In this document: piece by piece, positions 16,853 through 24,687 of the stretch | Position numbering within the stretch: position 1 is the first letter of the stretch | Layout of the letters: every line of letters starts with the position of its first letter | Source of the DNA: an uncultured Anaerolineales bacterium | GTDB lineage: Bacteria; Chloroflexota; Anaerolineae; CG2-30-64-16 | NCBI GenBank assembly: GCA_964647225.1 | Contig: CAZYHE010000002.1 | Coordinates: forward strand, 1,655-34,787 | Direction: 5' to 3' | Length of the DNA: 33,133 bases | Position numbers and translations under genes: made by a program | Notes under the pieces: generated by a model | Seen by the model: the letters and a program-made list of their open reading frames with translations, nothing else | What the model was told of the DNA's origin: nothing | Database searches by the model: none

Positions 16853-18250
16853 CTACGACCTGATCTCGATAGCATCGAACGTGACCCGGCCATCCTGGCA
16901 GCCGATGAAGAGCCGGTCGCCGCGCACGTCGGGCACGCGATTGACGAGGGTCCGCCGCCGATCTACGCACACGTCAATGATGTCGCCCCGGGCGATCACC
17001 GCCAGTTCGAAGGGCCGGTCCAGCCCCTCGACCTCGTAGATGGCCGCGCGCTCCTGCTCTTGGGCGTCCCCCTGGCGGAACGCCGAGACGCCGGCGCTGC
17101 CAGGACGCAGCCACCCGACCCTGCCACGGGCCGGCTCGAAGCGCAGAACCAGGCCGTCCTGATACGAGCCGGAGCCTCGGAAACCCAGCTCGAAGTTGCC
17201 AGTGCCTGGCTCGGGCCGCACTTGGACGGTCAGGCGCAGGTCGTGCGGCAAGCCCTCAAGTGCAGCGACGGCCATTCCCGCCTGTGCGCTAACATCGAGG
17301 CGGCCGTCATCCCAAGTCAGGCCCTCCGTGAGGGGCGTCACCCGCAACGGCACGGTCTCGCCGCCCGTGAGAGTCATCTCGGCCGGGAACTTCGTGCCCA
17401 AGCTGCCGTCCCCGTGCTGCACGATCTCCCGGAACACGGCGTTACCGGCGTAGGCGTGGGGTGGCTCGCTAGTGAGGAACGCGACCCCCAGGCGCCGGTC
17501 TCCGGTGAAGGCCGCGGTCTTGAGCACGGCCGCCTTCGGCCCATCGAAGATGTCCTGATTGGGGCGCAGCCACGGCCCGAACGGCCCGCGCGAGAAGCGG
17601 TAGCGCGCGACCCCCAGGTGGCTAAAGATCAGATAGTAGAAGCCGCGCCATTCGAAGTAGTCGGCGCACTCCGGCTGATGGCCAATGTTGCCCGGCACCA
17701 AGAACGGCCCTTCGTGCCGCCAGTCGCGCAGGTCGGCGGAGGTCAGGTGAGCCAGGCAGCCCCCACGGCCTGCCAGCGGGTAGTCCGCCAGCTCCGCGGT
17801 CACCAACATGTGGAAGCGACCGGTCTGGGGATCCCGGAATACGCACGGATCGCGGTAAGGGCCTTTGCGGTAGGGTGGCTCCGGCGACGCGAACGGATTC
17901 GGGGACGCTTTGGTGAAGCGGATGCCGTCAGTGCTGGTCGCCACGCTCAGGTGTTCGGTACGGTCGGGCAACCGTGTGGCGTAGAAGGCATAGAACACAC
18001 CATCATGGAAGAAGACCGATCCGGTGCAGATGGAGGCTTCCCACTCGTGTTCTATTGCCAGCGCCAGCGGATGATGCTCCCAATGCACCAGATCGCGCGT
18101 CGACGCGTGCGCCCACTGATGACCGCCCAGCCCGCCCTTGCCCTGGTGATGGCCTTCGTCCAGCAGGTAGTATAGGTGAAAGACGCCCTCATGGTAGAAG
18201 GGCATGCAATCGCCCACGAAGAAGTCGCCTGCGGGTTTGAAGTATTGCAT
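16853..18250 (-). CDS. GH32-like (clan GH-J) beta-fructofuranosidase family protein
   Basis: A five-bladed propeller signature is visible by eye. VGDCMPFYHEGVFHLYY sits at the nucleophile position, with an RDP motif (YRDPCVF) and an EC motif (PECADYF). A C-terminal beta-sandwich-like region is present. GGAG lies upstream of ATG 18250. Confidence 0.7.
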   Translation of the reverse strand: MQYFKPAGDFFVGDCMPFYHEGVFHLYYLLDEGHHQGKGGLGGHQWAHASTRDLVHWEHHPLALAIEHEWEASICTGSVFFHDGVFYAFYATRLPDRTEHLSVATSTDGIRFTKASPNPFASPEPPYRKGPYRDPCVFRDPQTGRFHMLVTAELADYPLAGRGGCLAHLTSADLRDWRHEGPFLVPGNIGHQPECADYFEWRGFYYLIFSHLGVARYRFSRGPFGPWLRPNQDIFDGPKAAVLKTAAFTGDRRLGVAFLTSEPPHAYAGNAVFREIVQHGDGSLGTKFPAEMTLTGGETVPLRVTPLTEGLTWDDGRLDVSAQAGMAVAALEGLPHDLRLTVQVRPEPGTGNFELGFRGSGSYQDGLVLRFEPARGRVGWLRPGSAGVSAFRQGDAQEQERAAIYEVEGLDRPFELAVIARGDIIDVCVDRRRTLVNRVPDVRGDRLFIGCQDGRVTFDAIEIRS

Positions 18251-18253
18251 GGC

Positions 18254-20041
18254 TCACTCCATTCCCCGGTAGATCTCTCTCAGCGCGGCGTAGGCTTGCT
18301 TGCGTTCCCGGTTGTACCCCACGATCCCCTTCAGGTTCAGCCCCGCCCAATAGCTGGTGACATGCTTCGACGGGTCGGGGTAGTCCTGGTAGAGGAACGG
18401 GAACGCGCCGCAGACGTTGGGCGCCGAGCGGAGCACCTCATAGGTCCGCTGCAAGAAGTAGGTCTGGTAGTCCTCCGACCAGAGCGCGCGGTCGGCCGCA
18501 CGGTAGCCGGGCACGGCATCCGCGCCGAACTCGGTCAGGAGGAGCGGCTGGCGGTAGGTTTGCGACTTGGCGGCCAGTTCCTGTTCGAGCCGGGAGAGAT
18601 CCAGCGCGGCGACCTCGACCGTGCGCGCGCCGTCGGCACCCTCGCCGATCTCCCGCAGCAGGGGCCGATCCTTGCCCGGCGCCGCGTTCACCCGGTCGTA
18701 CCAGCCCCAATACTCGTTGACGCCGATGACATCGGGCAACTCGCCCACCTGGCCCATCGTACCGTACAGCGAAGCGTAGCTCAGCAGGCGCGTGGTGTCG
18801 AGGCCGCGGATCGTCTCGGCCAGGCCCGCGAAGAAGGCGGGCGCTTCCGGGTGCGCGACCTTGCACTCGTTGCCCAGGCTCCAAAGGATGATGCTCGGAT
18901 GGTTGTACGCCGTCTGCACCATCTCCCGCAGCATGGCCGCGGCCAGGTCGCGGTAAGCCGGCTGGCTGAATGCGCTGCCGGACGCTTCGTGTGGGTCCAG
19001 GCAGTAGATGGGCACCTCCGACCACACCAGCAACCCGCGGCGGTCGCACTCGGCCAGCATCCGCTCGTGGAGGGGCACGTGGCAGCGGATGGCATTGACC
19101 CCCAGTTCCGCCATGTCGTCCAGGTCGGCGCGCGCGATCCGCTCGTCGTAGGTGATGCCGACCGCCGGATGATCCTCCAGGTAGCAGATGCCCTTCAGCC
19201 AGATCGGCTCGTCGTTGACCAGGATCGTCGCGCCCTCGGTGCGCACCCGGCGGATGCCGAAGGCGGTCGTCACCCGATCCAACACCGCGCCGGCGGGGTC
19301 GAGCAGGCTGGTCTCCAGCGTGTAGAGCGCGGGGGACGCCGGACTCCACGGCTGCGCGGCGGGCAATCGCCAGGGGCAGGCCAACTCGCGCACGCTGCCG
19401 CCCCCGATCATCGTCTCGTCACGCCAGACCTCCTGCCCGGCCGGGTCACGCAGGAGGAGCGCAGCGCGCAGCGGCCGGTCGTCACGCGCCGTCACGCGCA
19501 GCCGGACCTGGCCCTCGGCGCCGGGGCCGGACGGCACGCCATCCACCCCCACCCAATCCAGCCGGCCGCCGCACGCCACTTCGAGCGTCACATCGCGGTG
19601 GATGCCGCCGTAGGTGCACCGGCCCGGGCAGGCCGGCAGCAGGATGCGGTGGCGGCGGTTATCGACGCGCACCGCCAGCGTGTTCTCGCCCGCGTGCAGC
19701 AGGTGGCTGACATCGAGCGTGAACTCGGTGTAGCCGCCCGCGTGTTCGCCGGCCAGTTGGCCATTGACGAAGACTTCGGCCGCGTAGTTGATCGCGCCGA
19801 AGCGCAGCACGCCGACCGCCTCCGGCGACCACTCCCCCAGAGAGAACGAGCGGGCGAACCAGGCGACGCCTTCGTAGATGCGATAGCGTTCGGCGTACAG
19901 GTTCCAGCAGCCGGGCACGGGCACGACCTCCCAGTGCCGCCGGTCCCAGCCGGGCTGTGCGTACTCCGCGCCGGGATGGTATTGCGGCTCCAACTCCGGC
20001 AGGAAGCGCCAGAAACCGTTCAGTTCGATGATTTTTCGCAT
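18254..20041 (-). CDS. GH2 glycoside hydrolase (beta-galactosidase / beta-mannosidase / beta-glucuronidase family)
   Basis: ORF 18254..20302 trimmed to ATG 20041. Motifs: LNGFWRF...WEVVPVPGCW, VNGQLAGEHAGGYTEFTLDVS, NAIRCHVPLHERMLAECDRRGLLVWSE, acid/base ILWSLGNE and nucleophile LLLTEFG. Confidence 0.85.
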   Translation of the reverse strand: MRKIIELNGFWRFLPELEPQYHPGAEYAQPGWDRRHWEVVPVPGCWNLYAERYRIYEGVAWFARSFSLGEWSPEAVGVLRFGAINYAAEVFVNGQLAGEHAGGYTEFTLDVSHLLHAGENTLAVRVDNRRHRILLPACPGRCTYGGIHRDVTLEVACGGRLDWVGVDGVPSGPGAEGQVRLRVTARDDRPLRAALLLRDPAGQEVWRDETMIGGGSVRELACPWRLPAAQPWSPASPALYTLETSLLDPAGAVLDRVTTAFGIRRVRTEGATILVNDEPIWLKGICYLEDHPAVGITYDERIARADLDDMAELGVNAIRCHVPLHERMLAECDRRGLLVWSEVPIYCLDPHEASGSAFSQPAYRDLAAAMLREMVQTAYNHPSIILWSLGNECKVAHPEAPAFFAGLAETIRGLDTTRLLSYASLYGTMGQVGELPDVIGVNEYWGWYDRVNAAPGKDRPLLREIGEGADGARTVEVAALDLSRLEQELAAKSQTYRQPLLLTEFGADAVPGYRAADRALWSEDYQTYFLQRTYEVLRSAPNVCGAFPFLYQDYPDPSKHVTSYWAGLNLKGIVGYNRERKQAYAALREIYRGME

Positions 20042-21204
20042 GGGGTATCTCCAGATCGGCCCCGCCAGAATTGCATGCCGGGGCATTCGCAGAATTGCCA
20101 CGCCACCTCGCCGACCGGCGAATCGGGCCACGCCTGGGCCAGGATCGCCAGGCAGAGCGTGCGGAACCAGGTGGGGAACATCGCCGAGACATCCGGGCCG
20201 GAAGCCATGAGCGGGTGGCCGTAGGCGAAGGGCTGCCCGCGCATGAAGACGAAGCCGCCGTCGGGGTTCTGATTGGACAGCACCCACGGCAGCGCCCGGC
20301 ACAGCGCGGCCCGGATTTCGTCCCCGCGGTGCGGCGTCACCGTGGAGAGCCGCGCCAGCGGGTCAATGGAGTCAATGTCCTCGCATGCGCTCGAATTCCA
20401 CGGGTCGCGGCGGTTGTGGACATCCCAACCGAAGCCCCCGCGCGGATTCTGCGTGCGCAGCACGGTGTCAATCGCCCGTTCGGGGTAGGGCACCGGCACG
20501 TGGTCATAGAAAAAGAGCGGCCAGAAGTGATAGGCCGCCTGCACCTCGTCGGACAAATTGAGCGGGGCGGCCAGATCCTTGTAGCCCCACACCCCCGCGG
20601 CCGCGTCCAGGTGATGGCTTGCCAGCCAGGCCAACAGCCGGCGCATGGCATCCCCGGCCTGAGGGTGTCCCTGGAAGTCGCGCGCGTATTGCAACAGCGT
20701 GCCGACGTTCATCACCTCGTTCCCGGCGAAGGCGGGCGCGTCCCGCCAGGCGCGCTGCGCCAGCCACTCCTCGACCCCGCCGGGCGCGATGAAGGGGTCG
20801 AGCCAGGTCTGCGGCTTCTCGGCTGTCGCGCCCAGGCAGGTGAGGGCCGTGACCACGTGACACGACAGGTGCCGCCGGCCGCACCATTCCGGGTCATCCT
20901 TGTACCACCCCTCGCCGTAGATGGCCGGATCACGGAACAGGCCGTCGTCATCCTGGTGCGCCTGGAGATAGGCGATCCACGCGCGCCGATCGCGGTCGCC
21001 CAGCCCGTCCAGCTCGCCGAACAGGTGGCGCGTCATCGCGGCATAGGCCGAGGCATAGAGCACCGGCTCCGCCATGCCTTCTGCGTAGAGGTAGCGGCCG
21101 TAGGGTTCCCCTGGGGCGCGCATCCGCTCGACGTACGCGAGGGTGGCATCGCGCAGACGCGCGGCTTCTGCGGTCAGGGTACGTTGGGTAGCTTCGGTGG
21201 GCAT
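20020..21204 (-). CDS. Alpha/alpha-toroid protein with prenyltransferase / squalene-cyclase-like repeats, function unknown
   Basis: ATG 21204 (GGAG upstream); GTG 21216 is the alternative. Repeat-like strings: HQDDDGLF, QNPRGGFGW, QNPDGGFVF. The 3' end overlaps the GH2 start by 22 nt. Confidence 0.55.
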   Translation of the reverse strand: MPTEATQRTLTAEAARLRDATLAYVERMRAPGEPYGRYLYAEGMAEPVLYASAYAAMTRHLFGELDGLGDRDRRAWIAYLQAHQDDDGLFRDPAIYGEGWYKDDPEWCGRRHLSCHVVTALTCLGATAEKPQTWLDPFIAPGGVEEWLAQRAWRDAPAFAGNEVMNVGTLLQYARDFQGHPQAGDAMRRLLAWLASHHLDAAAGVWGYKDLAAPLNLSDEVQAAYHFWPLFFYDHVPVPYPERAIDTVLRTQNPRGGFGWDVHNRRDPWNSSACEDIDSIDPLARLSTVTPHRGDEIRAALCRALPWVLSNQNPDGGFVFMRGQPFAYGHPLMASGPDVSAMFPTWFRTLCLAILAQAWPDSPVGEVAWQFCECPGMQFWRGRSGDTPCEKSSN

Positions 21205-21261
21205 GGTTGGCTCCACTTCATCAATTGTAGGAACACAGATGCAATGGGGGAAGTCGCTCCC

Positions 21262-21290
21262 CGTATATCATTCTCCGCCCGCATTGTCAA
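21262..21290 (-). promoter_or_regulatory. Candidate sigma-70-type promoter between GH38 and the downstream genes
   Basis: The minus strand reads TTGACA (21290-21285), then a 17-nt spacer ending in TGA, then TATACG (21267-21262). It lies in a comparatively AT-rich 96-nt gap. Confidence 0.35.
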
Positions 21291-21300
21291 ACAGCGGGGC

Positions 21301-24300
21301 CTACGCACTTGGGCTTCCGCAGGTCGCCAGCAGACCGGTAGCAGGAAACCGCCGCGCCCCGCGACAGCGCACCGTCGTCAGCCCGTGGGCCGCGAGGGAC
21401 GCCTCGAAGGTGTGTGGCGTGCAAGGCAGCCGCGCCTGGTCTTCTTCCACCAGGTTAGTCTGCCACGCCTCGCCGATGTCGAAGTATGGCAGGCGCACGA
21501 TCGCCCGCAGATCCTCGCCCGCGGTCTCGGCCAGACGCAGGATGAGGCCGTCCCCATCCTCCGCGGCCTTCAACGTGAGCAGCACGACGCCGGGCGCGTC
21601 CACGCCGCAAAATGTATCGGATGCCGGCAGCGGGCCGTCCTGTGGGCCGATCACGTAGGCGGTCACGGGGCAGACGGCCGCCTCCCAGCCGAGGGCGCGC
21701 GACCGGGCGCGCTCGTGCTGGCCGTCGTGCGTGGTGATCGCGTAGCGGAAGAGCGCATCGGTCGCCTGCACGGGCTGGAAGTTGGTGCGGAAGTTGTTGT
21801 TCATCACATAGGAGTAGATGTGCCCGTGCCGCAGTTCCTCGGGGGCGCGCAGGAACGCGTGCCCATAGCCGGGCGGGGTGACGCCGTGGTGGGCTTGCGA
21901 GACGTAGCCGGGCCACAGGCCGCCCAGTTCAACGATGGGCGCTTCGAGGCTGCTCCACGCGACCCCGCCGGCCCGGTCGTGCATGCTCACCCAGTGCTGG
22001 ACGGCGTAGGCGTCGGTGTTGGTGCCCGGCAACTGGTCGCGGATCGGCTCGATCACCGCGTTGCTGGCCTCGTAGGCGAAATGGGGATCGTCAAGGGCGA
22101 AGGGGAAGGCCAGGTGCAGTTCGAGCAGCGGCGTGGCATCGCGCAGGATGCGCGTCGCCAGCTCGATCCGCTTCACCCCCTCGAAGAGCGTGATCTCCTG
22201 GGTGATCTGCGGGCAGCCGTGCGCGCTGCTGCGCACGATTAGGCTCGCCGCCACCGGCCCCGCGCTGCCGCGGCGCAGAGCGACGGCGCCAGTGAGGGGA
22301 TCGCCTCTGATGCTTGACTCCTGCCCCCTGACTCCTGCATCCTGACCCCTGGCCCCTGGTGGCTCAACGCCCGTGCGCGGATCGCGGACCACCAGTTGGT
22401 TGAACGGGTGCGGCGCGTGGGCGTCCACCCACTCCCGGCCAAGCTCCTTGTCGAAAATGCTGCGGATCGCACCGGTGGCCGGATCGAGCGCGACCCGGTA
22501 GAAGCGGTTCTCCAGCCAATCCTCGCCGATCCGCAGGCTGCTCGCGAACTCGGGCCAGCGGTCGCAGGGCTTGTCCTGAGCACCGCCGAAGGGCTTGTCC
22601 TGAGCAGTGTCGCAGGGCTTGCCCTGAGCGCCGTCGCAGGGCTTGTCCTGAGCAGTGTCGAAGGGCCGGAGGCGGTAGGCGCGATAGCCGAGCGGTGGGA
22701 GGTCATGGGCCAGGAAAACAAGCTCGCACAGATGGCTCCGCTGGTAGTTGAGCGCGGGATGGCTGTGGGCGTCGGTGTGGCCGAGCGCGTAGTGCTGCGC
22801 GGCCCAGGGTTGCGCAGCCAGCGGGTCGTCCAGGATGTTGACCTGGCACGGGACGACCGCGCCGGTCGCCACGTCTACCAGTTCGACTTGTCCTGAGCAC
22901 CGCCGAAGGGAGGGACGCTCCAACAGCTCGGCCGGCAGGCTGACCCACGGCCGGCCGAGGATCGAGCTGGACACGCGCTGCGCGGGCGCGCCGGGCTGGC
23001 TGCCCGGCCGCCAGTAGAACGGCCGGCTGGCCGGCTCGGCCGCGCTGGCGCGCGCCCGTACGATGGCGTCGCGCGGCCAGTTCAGCGGGTTGAAGACGAC
23101 CAGGTGATAGCCGTCATCTGGCAGCCGGACCTGGTCGGCGATGCGGTGGGCGCTCTTGGTGAGGACATCGTGCGCCAGGGCCGCGCCGCGATAGGCAAGC
23201 TCGCCCTTCTGGCTCCAGCACGCATCCTGGGCCGGCCCGATCGGTTGGGCCATGCCCCAGGTGTGCTCGTCGTAGAGCAGCGCGCAGTCGTAGGCTTCGG
23301 CCAGCGTATCGGCCGGATAGATATAGTCGCTAACCGAAGCGGCGCATGCAGCCAGCTTCTCGGCCGAGCCGAGCAGGTCGTGGGTCAGGCGGTTGACGCC
23401 GGTCTCGCGGGGCGTGCTGATCGCGCCGACCGTGTAGTCGGTGTTCGGGAGGTCGCCGCGCAGCACGGGCAGGCGGTCGCCGGCGGCCCGCTCGAATTGC
23501 TCGAAGAACGCCGTGTTGGTGGAGACGATCAGCCGGGGATAGGCCCAGCGGTCGTTCCATTCGCAGGCGATCCGGCTGAGCCGGACGTCCGGCGGCGCGT
23601 TGTCGCGGTTGGCACCGTGGAACTTCACCCGAACCAGGTCGTGCGGATAGCCGCCCTCGGTCAGCCCGGCGAGGTAGCGCGCGAGGTTGGTCTCGGCCTG
23701 GTCGCAGGTCCACAGCCCCGGCCCGCTGATGGTGCCGCCCGCATACCAGAAGAGCACCCGCTGCCCGTCCGGCCCTTCCCACCAGAACGCGCCGGGCAGC
23801 TTGCGCGGCAGGATCGCCTGCTCGTCCCAGTGCGGATGTACGGTCATGCCCCAGGCGAAGTAGTCGGGGATGCCCGCCGCGAAGTAGCGCACGCCGGCGC
23901 CGGCCAGCACGCTCGCCAGCCCCCAGGAGACACCGGGGATGTCGTTCAGTTCGGCGGAGCGGATGGGGACACCGAAGCGCCGGGCAAGAGCGAACGCGGG
24001 ATAGAGCAGCCGCACCTGCTCCTCGTGCCCGCACAGTTCGCTCGTCTCGTTGCCCAGCAGGGCGGTCAGCTCGATGCGCCCCGCGCGCAGCCAGCGCGCC
24101 AACCGCTCGACGGTCTCAGGCGGCCGGTGTTGGACGTAATGCTGCACCGACCACGCCTGCTCGATCACATAGCGGAAGCGGGCTTCCTCCGGCCAGTCGG
24201 CCGTCTCGTCGCAGCCATCCAGGACGGCATCCAGAAAGGTGTCGTGCTCGCGTAGAACGTTGCTGGGCAGGTCGGTGTAGCCCAGGTCGTGGTGCGAGCC

Positions 24301-24645
24301 ATGCACCAGGTGGACCTGCCACCGCCGCGTGGGCTGCCAGGCCAGTTCCAGCCGGTCGAGCAGCGTCTCCCCGGCCAGGAGACTGAACGTCACGGGGCCG
24401 CTTTCGGCGATTGCGGGGATGAAGACGCGCTGGCGGTTGACGCCCGCGGCGACCGGATCCAGGCGCACCTCCATGCGCTGGCCGGCGAAGGTCACAACCA
24501 CCGCCAGCGTGTCGGCTCCGCGCTCGCAGGAGAGGGTGATGTCCACGGCTTGCTGGAGGCCCGTATTTGTCTGCCGGAAAAACGGCGTCGGCTGGACGGC
24601 GGTCAGGCGACACGCCAGCCGGCCTGCTGGGTCAAGATCATTCAT
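21301..24645 (-). CDS. GH38 alpha-mannosidase family protein
   Basis: ATG 24645 with GGGAGGG upstream. It has a GH38 N-terminal metal-site motif VHLVHGSHHDLGYTD, then LGNETSELCGHEE, and long middle and C-terminal domains. Carries a 24-bp tandem array, a lone 24-mer and a heptamer array. Confidence 0.85.
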   Translation of the reverse strand: MNDLDPAGRLACRLTAVQPTPFFRQTNTGLQQAVDITLSCERGADTLAVVVTFAGQRMEVRLDPVAAGVNRQRVFIPAIAESGPVTFSLLAGETLLDRLELAWQPTRRWQVHLVHGSHHDLGYTDLPSNVLREHDTFLDAVLDGCDETADWPEEARFRYVIEQAWSVQHYVQHRPPETVERLARWLRAGRIELTALLGNETSELCGHEEQVRLLYPAFALARRFGVPIRSAELNDIPGVSWGLASVLAGAGVRYFAAGIPDYFAWGMTVHPHWDEQAILPRKLPGAFWWEGPDGQRVLFWYAGGTISGPGLWTCDQAETNLARYLAGLTEGGYPHDLVRVKFHGANRDNAPPDVRLSRIACEWNDRWAYPRLIVSTNTAFFEQFERAAGDRLPVLRGDLPNTDYTVGAISTPRETGVNRLTHDLLGSAEKLAACAASVSDYIYPADTLAEAYDCALLYDEHTWGMAQPIGPAQDACWSQKGELAYRGAALAHDVLTKSAHRIADQVRLPDDGYHLVVFNPLNWPRDAIVRARASAAEPASRPFYWRPGSQPGAPAQRVSSSILGRPWVSLPAELLERPSLRRCSGQVELVDVATGAVVPCQVNILDDPLAAQPWAAQHYALGHTDAHSHPALNYQRSHLCELVFLAHDLPPLGYRAYRLRPFDTAQDKPCDGAQGKPCDTAQDKPFGGAQDKPCDRWPEFASSLRIGEDWLENRFYRVALDPATGAIRSIFDKELGREWVDAHAPHPFNQLVVRDPRTGVEPPGARGQDAGVRGQESSIRGDPLTGAVALRRGSAGPVAASLIVRSSAHGCPQITQEITLFEGVKRIELATRILRDATPLLELHLAFPFALDDPHFAYEASNAVIEPIRDQLPGTNTDAYAVQHWVSMHDRAGGVAWSSLEAPIVELGGLWPGYVSQAHHGVTPPGYGHAFLRAPEELRHGHIYSYVMNNNFRTNFQPVQATDALFRYAITTHDGQHERARSRALGWEAAVCPVTAYVIGPQDGPLPASDTFCGVDAPGVVLLTLKAAEDGDGLILRLAETAGEDLRAIVRLPYFDIGEAWQTNLVEEDQARLPCTPHTFEASLAAHGLTTVRCRGARRFPATGLLATCGSPSA
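22315..22356. repeat. Heptanucleotide tandem array (6 units, TGNNYCC) inside GH38
   Basis: TGACTCC TGCCCCC TGACTCC TGCATCC TGACCCC TGGCCCC, translated as GARGQDAGVRGQES (7-aa periodicity). Confidence 0.75.
22561..22666. repeat. Tandem array of 4.4 family-A 24-bp units inside GH38
   Basis: Units: GTCGCAGGGCTTGTCCTGAGCACC / GCCGAAGGGCTTGTCCTGAGCAGT / GTCGCAGGGCTTGCCCTGAGCGCC / GTCGCAGGGCTTGTCCTGAGCAGT / GTCGAAGGGC. Translated as PFDTAQDKPCDGAQGKPCDTAQDKPFGGAQDKPCD. Confidence 0.85.
22887..22910. repeat. Lone family-A 24-mer inside GH38, identical to 22570-22593 but read in another frame
   Basis: CTTGTCCTGAGCACCGCCGAAGGG is identical at both sites. Here it is translated SLRRCSGQ; in the array it reads PFGGAQDK. 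Confidence 0.85.
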
Positions 24646-24687
24646 GGGCAGCCCTCCCTCTGGGCGCGTGACGGCCTTCTTCCACGA

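Noticed and set aside
22561-22666. Possible CRISPR array (regular 24-bp repeats). The same question was asked of the arrays at 26641-26768.
   Set aside because: The units are directly abutting with no spacers. The unit lengths (24 and 7 nt) and the position inside intact ORFs do not fit CRISPR, and no cas genes are present.
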